Made by a program: the position numbers and the translations under genes. A stretch of DNA of 58,808 nt, filler included, from Rhizaria sp. SCN 62-66 (lineage: Eukaryota): the NCBI GenBank assembly GCA_001724265.1. It is 2 parts of 2 records of this genome, joined end to end, with 100 filler letters (N's around TTAATTAATTAA, not from the genome) between each part and the next. Parts side by side here need not be neighbours in the genome. Positions count along the whole stretch, not along the records: positions 1 to 29,346 come from MEDY01000379.1; positions 29,447 to 58,808 come from MEDY01000380.1. One strand, given 5' to 3'. The notes under the pieces are model-generated. The model saw only the letters and a list, made by a program, of their open reading frames with translations, did no database searches and was not told the origin of the DNA. Positions 20,601 through 30,375 of the stretch are shown piece by piece (the first letter of the stretch is position 1; every line of letters begins with the position of its first letter).

Positions 20601-21184
20601 GTGATGGCCGTGGTGGGAGGCGTAGCGTTCGGAGTCGCGGCCGTGGGCGTGGTCTCAGTCGGCGCCGCCACCGCGGGCGTCGCGGCCGGAGTCGTGACAG
20701 TGGGTGTGGTGACGGTCGGCATTGTCACAGTCGGCAGGGTCGGCGTGGTGACGGTGGGTACAGTCGGCGTGGTGACGGTGGGCACAGTCGGCGTGGTGAC
20801 GGTGGGCACAGTCGGCGTGGTGACGGTGGGTACAGTCGGCGTGGTGACGGTGTTGGTGTTAGTGGCCGTGCCGGTCGTCGCGCTGAGCCCGGTGCCCGCG
20901 CTGCTGAGGAGCGAGTTGAGCAGCGAGCTCGGGTCTGGCGCGGCCGCGGACGTCGAGCCCGTGGTCGTGGTGGGCACAGTCGGCACAGTCGGGGCAGTCG
21001 GGACGGAGGGGACGGTCGGCGTCGTTGTCGTAGTTGTGGTGGGGAAACCAGGGAGTGTGGGCAGCGAAGGGAAAGTCGCAGTGGTGGCTGCAGCAGGGAC
21101 GCAGAAGAGCGCGGCCAAACTAGAGACGGCCAGTAGCAGCAGTATGCTGCGCAGCCGTGGAGCCCGGGGGCGGTGTCGTTGCAT
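14675..21184 (-). CDS. Secreted 2169-aa Thr/Ala/Ser-rich (mucin-like) protein with signal peptide, CBM56-like module(s) and two Cys-rich segments
   Basis: N-terminus MQRHRPRAPRLRSILLLLAVSSLAALFCVPAAA is a basic plus hydrophobic signal peptide. Intronless ORF with PTVTT repeats and Cys clusters CMQCFVNC..CWRGCC and CMNSACYASC..CLNTCRVAC..C..C. Stop is TAA. Confidence 0.85.
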   Translation of the reverse strand: MQRHRPRAPRLRSILLLLAVSSLAALFCVPAAATTATFPSLPTLPGFPTTTTTTTPTVPSVPTAPTVPTVPTTTTGSTSAAAPDPSSLLNSLLSSAGTGLSATTGTATNTNTVTTPTVPTVTTPTVPTVTTPTVPTVTTPTVPTVTTPTLPTVTMPTVTTPTVTTPAATPAVAAPTETTPTAATPNATPPTTAITPTVPTTTVATPAVATVEAAAAAASTTSYRLLSLPGSSTAVYHRVQPLAEAFPNAATSAAARFARVEFVAVPAAAADAPALPATALALPGPQDAATCCAAVDLTYSLLDGAGVLRDARSVALAAAGGAYFTTTLDAGAGRVARGLRFLFSVQRRDGSVLQTDPVEWLAPEAAAGATAATASSASSATTTPATAAAAASGAPALESIFDTPIPALATLFPSATGTTTAAGAGTTAGTTAGTTGTTGTTATATPLTSTLWAYQVQARSAAAARVLIDTADSSVARCDVHARAGPANASAPASLSDEAIAALGATTAAGYAPLSRHLTERVSASVFHAPSVPLPASASGRALFFQAVCARDAAGTASTAGAVQKWSPATPLATATTTAAGTTISPIGTDVFAVATNIVARVTPAAPAAVSSATSAANTAANTAATAAAAAAAAAAAGTSTLPGVATAPTVPAVPVVPTVPTASTGPSLASPSSVATAESGIDVLLWATQPGSVSATDPTVRTQTAATLSWAVLHYAVNDEARFHVQMTRAGATYEARGLRASAGDAVTFSFSYELAEQPGVTVSSERFSYTVPALASLQSLPILQPVAATNAATSTTTTATGATTSTAGMEMPSDACMQCFVNCPTAVTTAPAAGEATPTETCWRGCCSGADETRMVGFINTLVQLNPSTAAAAQPTPEFAAAALPALPTVVTPLGVFGRNRRAHILEATAAGSSLNIEDFVNGIASATNALFGGRLGTASTAGTTSTAASPVTAVSAAGTAAANAANTVAGTATGTGTSTATSGLRLPGFTDGGFFSVSDFAAALGASRDSTGSLGSLPLFGALTNLTSGAGATTAASTAATTAANSAANTATATTVAPGTAGSFLEAAGGSLTGANATGVESALRALSNATAIEEVSNSISNAISNALGGRTTSTTTGTTLAPIGGQGANPVSVGSTTASTGLAGLAGLGGLVPSAVVLPFALTARGGHRAAVAGVFDTLVRRATTMAATGTTATTAATTTGSTLAEQMMQLTSGLGNNALGAANLGNRAADTISAQTASASGLGSTLTSGATGATAGFSNLGTGLTAQSGALTNLGNAAANSLSLSGANANGLAQASTGLLSTGGLVEGANSNLVAAAGNLGSLSNAATGINGLAGNLGVTANAANANLANLGGLATGAQQATATLNDAGTVAANNLAQATTGANGVGSLLTGTTTGLSSGVLPSLTGLTSVPSIGSLIPSLTGTTLPALTSGVTAADLNTLLPTSSLTGLASATAAAPTAAASSVAANAAALPTAAAATTATTTSNAFLDAVRQASNAMLGTSLPGVTSAATGTSTGTAATTATDAFATPFNLILPLTMLSSGTTTTSSTSTSAAATPATTTSGFRTLASLVDVLLEPTSGISSLLSGTSSSGTTSSTGSALLKPLESIAGTAFSPSQGLSSFGSFPSQLNDLLCMNSACYASCLNNIEGMVSSFSDAGTNLGLENLPGPTLPSLGTAVQVPNTPTGLISDPGLMSSFMPNIGSLPTPLPLMQLTPSTAQAMMPLLQAGASEGANVGINAAQSVSSGASCLNTCRVACSAGQVMDGTQACATGDKLTCLAGSLSDAMGTVSETSTGLGTSATNLENNLGALLPSNIANSNITSILPMGLRERHRHYRTQQFSGLFNALTGTTTGTPTTGTTTSSATSPLSSLFDPFTSAASTSGTTATSTTSPFAGLFDPIATAANSATSTAGSTTGTAATTTTTPFTDLFSSLTNAAGSTTSSTGSTAASTVTSPFAGLFGTSTDTVTNPFSSLFSGIGSTTGSTSTVTDPLASLFALPTQMTNTNTGTTSGTTTPSSSSSSGSSAATSSSTSSGGLPITVTPSSTSTFTPFASFSSVFSGMDAAQANVAGTFVQGLVDTSQAAMASVLPMERFRTENADLLSLVDSASATGTTTAATSAAASTLLSRFADTVTVMSTPTNGVFVPGTTVLAGLSGLSDIMGY
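20694..20850 (-). repeat. 24-bp coding tandem repeat (TVTTPTVP units) in the secreted protein
   Basis: The plus-strand unit gtcggcgtggtgacggtgggcaca is repeated about 5 times with silent variants. Confidence 0.9.
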
Positions 21185-21736
21185 CGCGCGGGCTGCGCAG
21201 GTTGTTGCGGTGTGTTATGTTGTTGCGAAGATCAGAGAGAATAATAAAAGATATAGACGTATGAGAGACTCAAAACCAGAAAGTATGTTATTATACAGAA
21301 GTGATTTAATTGCTTCTTTAAGTTATTAATTGAGGGGGCTCGCTAGAAAGACTATGATTCAAGTCAGAATGTGCAACACAGAGTCGTGGTTGGATCTTTA
21401 AGTCAACTTGAAGAAGATTGTTTTAGCTCAAGAACGCAAACAAATGCAGTGAGATTTCAACACAAGAGTAAATACTCGCGGATATTTGATCAGAACTATA
21501 CAAACGTGACAATGTACGATGCGGAGCCTGACAAAACCCTCTGCATCTTGATCCTCGTCATTCGCTATCCTGAGAGCGGCAACAACAACGGGCGTGACAA
21601 CGGGGGGCAACAAATAATGACCGAAAGGGCCCAGAGACAAAAGAAGACGTACTCATGATAAAATAGGACTGGAATTGTGCTTCTTTATAGACGAAAATCG
21701 AGAAATAAAACAAAAGTCGTGATTATTATTCGTTCA

Positions 21737-22336
21737 TTACTGCTGGCGGGAGCCGGCGGTAGCAGTTGTCAGATTTGCAGCGGCGTTGGCGGCGGCCGCG
21801 GCTGCGGCGACCACGGCGGCGTGGCCTGCAATAGCCTTGGCGTTTGCAGCTTTAGCTGCAGCGTTGGCTGCGGCGTTGGCGGCCGCAGCGGCGGCGGCGG
21901 TGGCGGCAGCGGCCTTGCTGTCGGGCTTCGTGGAGCCCTGGTCGCGGGGCAAAATCTCCAGGAAAGAGACAAGGATGTTGTCGCGCTCCCGCTTGCGCTC
22001 CTCGACCTCTGCCAGCACGGCCAAGTTGCCGTTGACAACGCGCAGCAGCGCCTGGCACACGCCCTCCGCGGCGGGGCGTGTTGACGCGGCGGCGGCGGCG
22101 GGCGTGGCGCGAAGCTCGAACAAGGCCAGCTCGGCCTCGCTGCGGAGGTGCTCCAGCACGGCCCGCGCGCTGCAGAGATCGTTGCTCAGTGCGTACGCGT
22201 TCGCGAGCGCAAAGTAGTCCTCCGTCGTCGAGGGCGTAAAGCTCTGCAGCAGAAACGGCAGGTCGAGCGGGTCGCGCACGGGGAACGAGTGCGACTTGAC
22301 AAAGACGGGAGGAATGCGGCGGCCGGGAGACTCCAT
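21737..22336 (-). CDS. Small helical protein (~199 aa), possibly TPR-like, with an Ala-rich tail
   Basis: ORF from ATG 22336 (MESPGRRIPP...) is GC-rich with AT-rich flanks. DYFALANAYALSNDLCSARAVLE resembles a TPR helix pair. Stop is TAA. Confidence 0.65.
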   Translation of the reverse strand: MESPGRRIPPVFVKSHSFPVRDPLDLPFLLQSFTPSTTEDYFALANAYALSNDLCSARAVLEHLRSEAELALFELRATPAAAAASTRPAAEGVCQALLRVVNGNLAVLAEVEERKRERDNILVSFLEILPRDQGSTKPDSKAAAATAAAAAAANAAANAAAKAANAKAIAGHAAVVAAAAAAANAAANLTTATAGSRQQ

Positions 22337-22736
22337 TGTAGCGGCGAGGGGGAGAAAAGGAGAGTCCCTAGCGATGAAAGCACACGACAACACAAGGCGA
22401 AAGAAAAGGAAAGAGTGAGAAGACTAAAAGAGAAAGATGTTTATCTTCACAGGTTCACGGTAGGCATCTCACAATGAACTGTGCGACTGCGTCAAACGAA
22501 ACGTCGGTTTGAGAAGCTACCTACCTCGTCGGTCACCGCCTCGGTGCTCCGGTGTGCAACTTGAAAAAAAAATGACACGGCCAGCGGCGGGCAAGAAACC
22601 ATGAATACCCTGACGCAAAAGCGCTTTAAGAGCTGGCCTCAATAAAAACTATTGTAAATTCGATTATATAATGGACTGCATGAGCGAGTTGTCCGTGCGC
22701 GCAACTTGAACAGTTGGTATTTGGTACTTGACGCGT

Positions 22737-24242
22737 TCAAATCTCCTCGTCGTCGAAGTCATCGATGACCTCGCCGTCAGATTCGATACCTGCCGCCGAA
22801 ACGCTCGTGTTCCTGGCCACGTGCGCTGCCAGTGCGTCGCCAAGCGCAGAGCCAGCGAGCAGCACGCCGCTGCCGCTGCTAGCACTGCCGCCTGCGCCGG
22901 AGCCCGTCAGCAGCCCCGACTGCGCGAGAGCGAGACCGGCAGCGGGGGATGAACCAGCGGCGGACTCGTCGGGCTGGCCCGTGTGATAAGGCAGCTGCAC
23001 GCCCGCGCGCGCAAGCTTCTGCCGCGCCGTGAGGCTCAGCTTAAACGAGAGGCCCTGCGTGAGACGGTCCAGCTCGCCGTTCTGCGCCTCGTCCTCCGCG
23101 GCGCGCGCGGCGGCGGCGAGTCCCAGCGCCTGGAGCTCGGCCACGGGCTGTCCCAGCAGCGCCAACCCGCCCGCGCGCGCGCCCGCAGCGCCGCCGACGC
23201 GGTACAGCGCCTCGAGCCCCGCGCGGACGGGACCGCCGGTGGACTTGCGGTGCAGCACGCGCGCGCACAGCAGCGCGGGCCCGCGCGCGGCGGCGGGCGC
23301 GGCCAGCGCGCCGGGCGCGGGCGGCGCGAGCGCGGCGACGACCGTGGAGGCCGCCGAGAGCACCGACTCGAGCAGCGGCGACGCGGCCGCGAAGCCCGCC
23401 GCGCCGGGCGCCGCGGCCGCGGGCGGCACAGCCGAGCTGACCGCCGCGTCGGCCGGCAGCGCGTCGGCGTGCAGCAGCACCACCAGCGACGCCAACTGCA
23501 CCGACGCCGGCGCAGATGCAGACGCAGACGCAGACGCAGACGCCGGTACCGACGCTGGCGCCGCGGATGTCGCGGACGCAGACGAGCTGAGCAGGGGCTG
23601 CGGCGGGAAGAGGGCGCGCACGAAGGCCGGGAAGGCCGCCATCGGCGCCGTAGGGCCCGCGCACGGCGCAGCAGCGGACGCGTTTGCAAGCGAGTCGGAG
23701 TGCGAGTGCGCGCAGAGGCGGAAGGGCGGTTGCGCCAGCAGGGCCTCCGCGCCCGCGACGAAGAGCGCCACGGGCCGCCCGCACCCGCCCAGGCGCGCGG
23801 CCGCGGCGGCGCGGGCGGCGCCCGCCAGCGCGGCCGGCGCGTAGCACCGCGGCGCGAACGACGCCACGGCGGCAGCAGCAGCACTGTCCGAAATTGCACT
23901 CGTCACAGCGTCCTCAGCACTGGCAGCGTCAGCGTCAGCGATGGCAGGCGCGGGGATGCAGACGAGGCGCGCGGCCGCGGCGGGGTCGGCGGCGAGCAGT
24001 GGCGCGCACCAGCCGGCGACCGCGGCGGGCGCGGCGGCGCCGCCGAGGCAGAGGACGACGGCGCCGGCGTAGTGGGCGTCCTGCAGCGCGCGTACGAGCA
24101 GGTGCAGCCACACAGCGCGCGCGCCCGCGGCCGCGCCCAGCGAGCCCGCGACCGCGACGACGGGCGCCGACAGCGCGTGCGGCGCGGCCGCAAAGGCCAG
24201 CCCGTTGGCCAGCGTCGAACCTGTGATCTGCTCCAGCAGCAT
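22737..24242 (-). CDS. ELP5: Elongator complex subunit 5 (Elp5/Iki1), Ala-expanded, ~501 aa
   Basis: C-terminal LTQGLSFKLSLTARQKLARAGVQLPY followed by the acidic end IESDGEVIDDFDDEEI matches the Elp5 signature (FxLxLsxxxxxxRxxVxLPF...D-rich-DI). RecA-like fold remnants: SLVVLLHAD, LLESVLSAASTVV, VLHRKSTGG. Stop is TGA. Confidence 0.8.
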   Translation of the reverse strand: MLLEQITGSTLANGLAFAAAPHALSAPVVAVAGSLGAAAGARAVWLHLLVRALQDAHYAGAVVLCLGGAAAPAAVAGWCAPLLAADPAAAARLVCIPAPAIADADAASAEDAVTSAISDSAAAAAVASFAPRCYAPAALAGAARAAAAARLGGCGRPVALFVAGAEALLAQPPFRLCAHSHSDSLANASAAAPCAGPTAPMAAFPAFVRALFPPQPLLSSSASATSAAPASVPASASASASASAPASVQLASLVVLLHADALPADAAVSSAVPPAAAAPGAAGFAAASPLLESVLSAASTVVAALAPPAPGALAAPAAARGPALLCARVLHRKSTGGPVRAGLEALYRVGGAAGARAGGLALLGQPVAELQALGLAAAARAAEDEAQNGELDRLTQGLSFKLSLTARQKLARAGVQLPYHTGQPDESAAGSSPAAGLALAQSGLLTGSGAGGSASSGSGVLLAGSALGDALAAHVARNTSVSAAGIESDGEVIDDFDDEEI

Positions 24243-24728
24243 GCGATATGGTGTCTGGTGGACGAAAGCGCGGAGACTGTGAGAGCGTCGGTGCCGCAGT
24301 GTGTGCGACACGTCAGGAGAAGGAGTGGGGAAAGTGTTGTACGAACTGTGTGAGAAAAAATATTATGTGTGCATATAAACGATAAGATTTTGTATCCTGC
24401 TACCATTGTTACATTGATAACGACTGAGTGTGCGTAAATATATGGCCTGCCACAGATGTGACCTTTCGGGGTTCAGTGAAGTTGTGGCGGCCACGAGCGA
24501 TCGAAGAGTGAATAACTAGCAGCGCAAAAACGCGAGGATATCTCGACAACTGCTCGACAAGGCCGGCAATGAGGCACGGATCATAATTTTCTATTTAGTT
24601 TTATTTAATTTATGACAATGATACTTTGAGTTTGCGACAATATCTTCCGCAAGCATCCGTTTTAAAGGACCCTGACCAAAGCGATTTTGCTGACAATGCC
24701 CTGCCCCTCCTTGTTTCCCCAGACCCGC

Positions 24729-25210
24729 ATGGCCGATAACAACAACTTTTGCCAGAGTCTGTTTGCAATGGTGTCTGACAATCTTGAATCCATCCAGCAG
24801 ATTCTTTACAACGCCAACCTCAACGGTCAGAGTACGTCCCACCCCTTTTTCTCTCCCTCGCTTCCCCCTGCCTTTGTCTGCCCTCCGACATGTCCCCCTT
24901 TGCATTCGCCGCTTCAGTCGTCTCACATCGCCCCCATTGCTCTTCCCTTGCGGATCCCCCGCTTTCGCGCGTAGCGACGGAGCCCGGCGCGGCGAGCGAC
25001 GCCTCCGGAGGCGGGCTCTCGGCCACGGCGTCGTCGGCCATGCTGCTGCTGCTCGCGCTCGCCACCGTCGTGCTCATGGCGCGCAAGACCAAGAAGCGCC
25101 AGCCGCTGCCCAAGGGCGCACGCGCGCCAGGCGCCGGTGGCCCCGGCGGCAACGACGGCAACGACTTCGGCGGGCCCGGCCGCCAGGACCCCCCTGGCCC
25201 CGTCCTCTAA
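24729..25210 (+). CDS. Small single-pass membrane protein (~112 aa), exons 24729-24831 and 24975-25210. Architecture loosely resembles SMIM14/DUF2615
   Basis: Donor GTACGT (24832) and acceptor CGTAG (24974) join MADNNNFCQSLFAMVSDNLESIQQILYNANLNGQ in frame to TTEPG...MLLLLALATVVLMARKTKKR...QDPPGPVL*. TM segment followed by a basic cluster and a Pro/Gly tail. Family call is weak. Confidence 0.65.
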
Positions 25211-26554
25211 GCCGCCCGGCCGACCGAGCCCGCGCCGCCCCGCCGGACGCGTCACCGTGCGCGCGCGCGGGAACCTGGCGCTGCGGCCCCCCGGCGCGCG
25301 CGGTCGCGCCCGGACGTGGCCGCCGCCGCCCACTGACTATAACTAGTACCTTTGCCATCCATAGACCCCTTATTTTGATCTTTTTTACTTTTCTGCCTTG
25401 TTTTCCCGCTTTGAGCGGCTGTTGGGCGCCCTGCACGGCCCGGCTCCTCCCCGCTGCGCGTGCCCCTGTGGCCGCGCGCGGACCTATTATCACCCAATAA
25501 AGCCCTGATTTTTCTTTACAAGTCTATATCTGTGTCAGTGTACGTCGTTGGCGCGAGAGAGACGCGCCAGCACTGCAGGACTGCTGTGAGCATAAGATTG
25601 TCTGCGAGCCGTTGACAGGGGAGAGGTTGATGGATCCGAAAGTAGGATACATCAACCGCTTAACGCGTGTAAAGATAGCTTTATCTTGTGCATCAAGCAA
25701 AAGCGCTCTTTTTCTGTCAGAAAAGAGAATAATATTTTGATCCAAGCAAGTATTTGAACACGAAAATTGAAAGTCCGTACTGGATGAAACGACTCCCAGT
25801 CAACGGCGACCCACGGTCGGGCAAGGCCTCTCACTGTTCCTAAACAGCCCTTCTCACGTGTTGAAGTCATCTCAAATGCTCCTCGGACGCGTGTGCTCTA
25901 AGACAGCCTGCTTGAAAGTTCGCTGTCTATGAACTCTTTTATTGAAATATGAAAACTAAATGCGCTCCTAATGTGTTGGTGGACGACAGAAGTTGCCTCA
26001 ACTCAGGGGTCGTCGTCTCGTGCCAAACTCGTCTGGACATGCCACACGTTACAAACGCCATGGAGACAGCAACCATAGCATTTGCAAAATTGACTTGTTA
26101 GGCACTAATTCCGACCGTGGGACATCATTCTTCTATGTGGGGAACGCGCATGTACAAAACTCGGACGCAGAGAAGACATAATCCGTGGGCACCTGCTTCT
26201 AGGATTTCTTTCCCTCCAAGCACACGATCTGGACACCCCCCTAGTATGCAAGCATGGTGCCTTGTAAACACGAGAACTCGCCACAGGCGTGTTAGTTGCA
26301 ACATTATGTGACCGTCTTATTGTTGCCACATGAAGTCAAGGGCAACTTCACTGCCCAGCACACTTCCTGAAACTAACCTTCCTCGTCCCATCTACCCCTT
26401 TGATATGTCGCTTTCGATAGCCCTGAACCCACTTCCCTCGCTCGTGCTCGACCAGACAGCGCCTCTGTAGTAACAGAGTGACCGGCCGGTTCTTTCTCCC
26501 CCGCGTGCCCCCTCGCTTTGCGGTGGTTTCCCCCCGCTCGTGGCCCGGCCTCCC

Positions 26555-28458
26555 ATGAGCTCGCAACCCACACCCACGACTAACGCCCCGGCCGCGCCGG
26601 CACCAGCGTCGGCGCCCGCGCCCGCTCCCGCGCCGGCCGCCACCGACCCCGCCAGCGTCAGCGCCGCCGACCCCGCCGCGGCGGCCGCGCAGGCCCAAGC
26701 CCAGGCTCAGGCTCAGGCCCAGGCCCAGCAGGCGCAAGCACAAGCACAGGCGCAAGCAGCGCAGGCGCATGCGCAGCAGGTGTACGCGCAGCAGTACGCG
26801 GCCTACGTGGCGGCGCACGCGCACGCGCAGGCGCAGGTGCAGGCCCAGGCCCAGGCCCAGGCGCCCGGCGCGCCCCCGCAGTCGGCGGCCGCGGCCGCGG
26901 CGCAGGCGGCGCAGACGGCCCAGGCCCAGGCCGCCGCCGCGCAGGCGCAGGCGCAGGCGCAGCAGGCCTACATGTACGCCTACAACTACCCCGCCATGCA
27001 GCAGCAGCAGCAGCAGCAGGCACAGGCGCAGCAGGCCGCGGCCGGCGGCGCGGCGCCCGCCACCGCCACCGCGACCGCGACGACGGCGGCGGCGACGGCG
27101 GCGCAGCAGGCGCAGTACCAGCAGCAATACGCGCAGTACGCGCAGATGTACGCGCAGCAGCAGTACTACGCCATGCTGCAGCAGCAGCAGCTCCAGCAGC
27201 AGCAGGCGCAACAGGCGCAGGGCCAACCCGGCGCCGCCGCCGCCGCCCCCGCCGCCGCTCCCGGCGACGCCGCCGCAGCTGCTGGCACTGGCACTGCGGC
27301 TGCAGCGGCGGCGCCCGGCGCTGACGCGACTCAAGCCCAGGCCCAGGCCATGTACGCCTACAGCAACCCCTACGGCTACAACTACAACGCTTACTACGCC
27401 GCCGCCGCGCAGCAGCAGCAGCAGCAGCAGCAGCAGGCCGCCGCCGCTGCGGCCGCCTTTGCCGCGACCGCGCCCGCCGCTGCGGCCCCCGCTGCTGCTG
27501 CCACGACGGCATACGCCCACGCACCCGCGACTGCGGCTCCGGTTGTGGCTGCAGCTGCGCCCGCATCCGCCGCTGTGGCGCCCGGGTACAGCGCCGCCGC
27601 CGCCGCCGCGCCCGCTGCGCCAACTGCGCCCGCAGCCGCGGCGCCCGCTGCCAGCTCCGCCTCTGCGACCGCGGCGCCCGCTGCTGCTGCTGCCACCGCC
27701 GCGACGCCCGCGGCCGCGTCTGCGGCAACCGCGTCCGGCCTCCCCGCGGGCGCGGCCGCCACCAGCTCGAGCGCCAGCGCCGGTCACGGCCACGGCCACG
27801 GCCACGGTCACGGCCACGCGCCGCACGGCCACGGCCACGGCGCTAACGGGCACAGCATGCTGCACCACAGCCTAGCCCCCGCCAACTTCGGTGGTGGCGG
27901 CGGCGCCGCTGGCGGCGGCGGCGGCAGTGCGGTCGCGGCTACGGGGGGGCTAGGCGACGACGACGACGACGGCGGGGACGGCGACGGCGACGACGACGAT
28001 GACGATGATGACGACGACGGTGACGGCGGCCGCAAGGGCAAGGGCAAGGGCAAGGGCGGCTCGTCGTGCCACCAGTGCAAGTCGCGGCGCAACTTCACCG
28101 CGCTCACCTACTGCACCTCGCTGCTCGACAAGAAGAACAAGCGCTGCCGCAAGAAGTTCTGCGGACACTGCCTGAAGAAGTTCTACAAAGAGCTCCCCGC
28201 GGCGCCCGCTGAGAAGCACCTGTGGACGTGTCCGTCGTGCCGACGCATCTGCTGCTGCGCGGCGTGCCGGCGGCGCAAGGACAAGGAGGACGCCGCGGCG
28301 GGCGTGCTGGGCGCCGACGGGCTCCCCGTGGGCAAGAAGAAGAAGGCCAAGAAGGCCGGCGCGGGCGGCGGCGCGGGCGGCGCCCTGGGGCCCGGTGGGC
28401 TGCCGCTGGGCGCGGGCGGCGCGGGCGAGGACGGCGACGAGGACGACGACGACGACGA

Positions 28459-28496
<38 letters not shown>

Positions 28497-29346
28497 CCGA
28501 GGACGACGACGACGCGGCCGGCGCCGCCGCGGGCGCACACCTCGCCTTCGGCGGGCTGGGAGGGCTCGACGGCCCCGGCGGCCCAGCGGGCGGGCCCCAG
28601 TCTGACTTCTCCCTCCTCAGTGGCGGCGCCGGCGCTGGCGTGGGCGGCCCCGGCGCGGGCGGCTATGTCGGCACCGACGGGCTCGTGTACCCCGCGTCCT
28701 ACGCCGCGGGCGCCTTCGGGCGCGCGCGCGAGGCCGCCGCGGCCGCTGACGGCGCCGCCACGACTTACCACGGCGGCGTCGCGCTGACGAGCGTGGCGGC
28801 CGCGCGCCACGCGCAGCAGATGGCCGGGCTGCGCGCCGCCGCGGCCGCTGCGCCCGCGGCCTCGGGCGGCGCGCTCAACATGGCCACCTTCTTCACCGAT
28901 TTCGACAGCTTCGGCTCCCATCACGGCCACGGCCACCACGGCGCCGCCGCTGCGGGGGCGCACGCGGGCGCTGGTGCCGCCACCGGGGCGGGCGCGGGCG
29001 CGGGGGCCGGCGGCGCGCACCACGCGGGCTCCGGCCCCGGCTCTACCGCGACGGCGACGGCGGCTGCTGCGGGCGCCGGGGCGGGCGCGGGCGTGGGCGC
29101 GGACGACGTGGACTTCGAGGCGCTGGCGGCGCGGTACCCCACGCTGCTGATCGATAACGTGCGCCGGCGCGCGCAGCTGCACGCAGCCGTGGACCGCGGG
29201 AACCCCTTCGCGCAGCTCTACGAGCTGGCGCAGACGCCCGCCGTCAAGCGGCGCGTGCTGGCGCTGCTCGCGCGCGGGGACCTGGACCGCGTCGCCAAGG
29301 CCGAGGCCGTCGCTGAGGTCCTGCGCTCCGGCGCCGCAGACTCGGC
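26555..29346 (+). CDS. zf-4CXXC_R1 zinc-finger nuclear protein with a Q/A/Y-rich N-terminus, His-Gly and poly-Asp tracts, truncated by an assembly gap
   Basis: CHQCKSRR...C...CRKKFCGHCLKKFY...WTCPSCRRICCCAACRRR (about 28067-28277) has the Cys spacing of zf-4CXXC_R1. Basic NLS-like KKKKAKK. The frame is open up to the N-run. Confidence 0.85.
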
Positions 29347-29446
29347 NNNNNNNNNNNNNNNNNNNNNNNNNNNNNNNNNNNNNNNNNNNNTTAATTAATT
29401 AANNNNNNNNNNNNNNNNNNNNNNNNNNNNNNNNNNNNNNNNNNNN
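29347..29446. other. Artificial contig-joining linker: 44 N + TTAATTAATTAA + 44 N (100 nt)
   Basis: Symmetric N-runs flank a palindromic 12-mer that puts stops in all six frames, a standard pseudo-scaffold spacer. Confidence 0.97.
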
Positions 29447-30375
29447 CTCTCGCGGCGGCCACGGCGCTCGTGCAGGCGCACACCGTGCCCGCGCCCAGCC
29501 ACATCAGCGGCAGCGGCAGCGGCGGCAAGGACGGGAAGGCCGGCGCGAGCAGTGTGATTGGCGAGGCGAGGGAGCGCGTCATCCGCGCCGCCTCGAGCGG
29601 AGCCGGCGCGGGCGCTGCGGGCGCGGGTGCGGGCGTCTACGGCAGCGGTGCACGGCCCCTGTCACGCCCGTCGCCCCCCGTGAACGCGAACGCCGGTCTC
29701 GCCCCGACCAGCAGTAGCAGCAGCAGGGCCGGGCCCCGCGCTGCTGCAGTGTCGGCCGCTGCGGGCGCGGGCACCAGGGCGTTGAGCCCGGCGTTCAACA
29801 GCAACAACAACGCTGGCGCGGGCGTGGCCGTGTCGGTGACGCTGTCGTCGATCGGTGACAACGACATCAACGACAACCACCACCACCGTAACAACATCCA
29901 CGAAGAGGAAGACGAGGATGTCGACCACAATGACTCCCACGCCAACAGCAATAATAATCTCAACAACAGCAACGCGAACGGCAATAGCCTGAGCAACGGC
30001 GACGGCGGCGACGACCGGTACGCGATGGGCACCAGCCAGAGCCAGCAGGGCCGCCGCTCCGGCAAGCGCCACGGCGGCGGCGGCGCTCATGGTGCAGTGT
30101 CGCCGGCGCACTCCGCTGCCCACGGTCACTCCCCGGCCCACGGTCACTCGTCGCAGCCGCACCACCACCACCACAACTCAGACGACGCTAAAGCCGCGCT
30201 GGCGGGCGCGGTGGCCGAAGCCGCCGCGATCGTCGCAGCTGAGGCGGCCGAGGCCGCGGCGGCGGAGGCTGCGGCGAACGCGAACGACGGTGAGCTGCCC
30301 GTGGGCGACTACTATAGCCCCGAAGAACAGAACGCTATGGTGGAGGACGAGGTGCACGACGATGCCGATGAATGA
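29447..30375 (+). CDS. C-terminal low-complexity coding fragment, probably the end of the zf-4CXXC gene
   Basis: The frame is open from the gap (LAAATALVQAH...) to TGA 30375 on the same strand, with similar A/G/H/D/N composition, followed by AT-rich DNA. Linkage across the linker is not proven. Confidence 0.65.

Noticed and set aside
20694-20850. The 24-bp repeat as a CRISPR array
   Set aside because: There are no unique spacers. It is an in-frame coding repeat in a eukaryotic gene.
26555-29346. Calling the zinc-finger gene CDCA7
   Set aside because: The CDCA7-diagnostic residues (RQKT, NRYG, RGICNCS) are substituted.
29391-29402. TTAATTAATTAA as a biological palindrome or piggyBac target
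   Set aside because: It is centred exactly within symmetric N-runs, so it is an assembly spacer.
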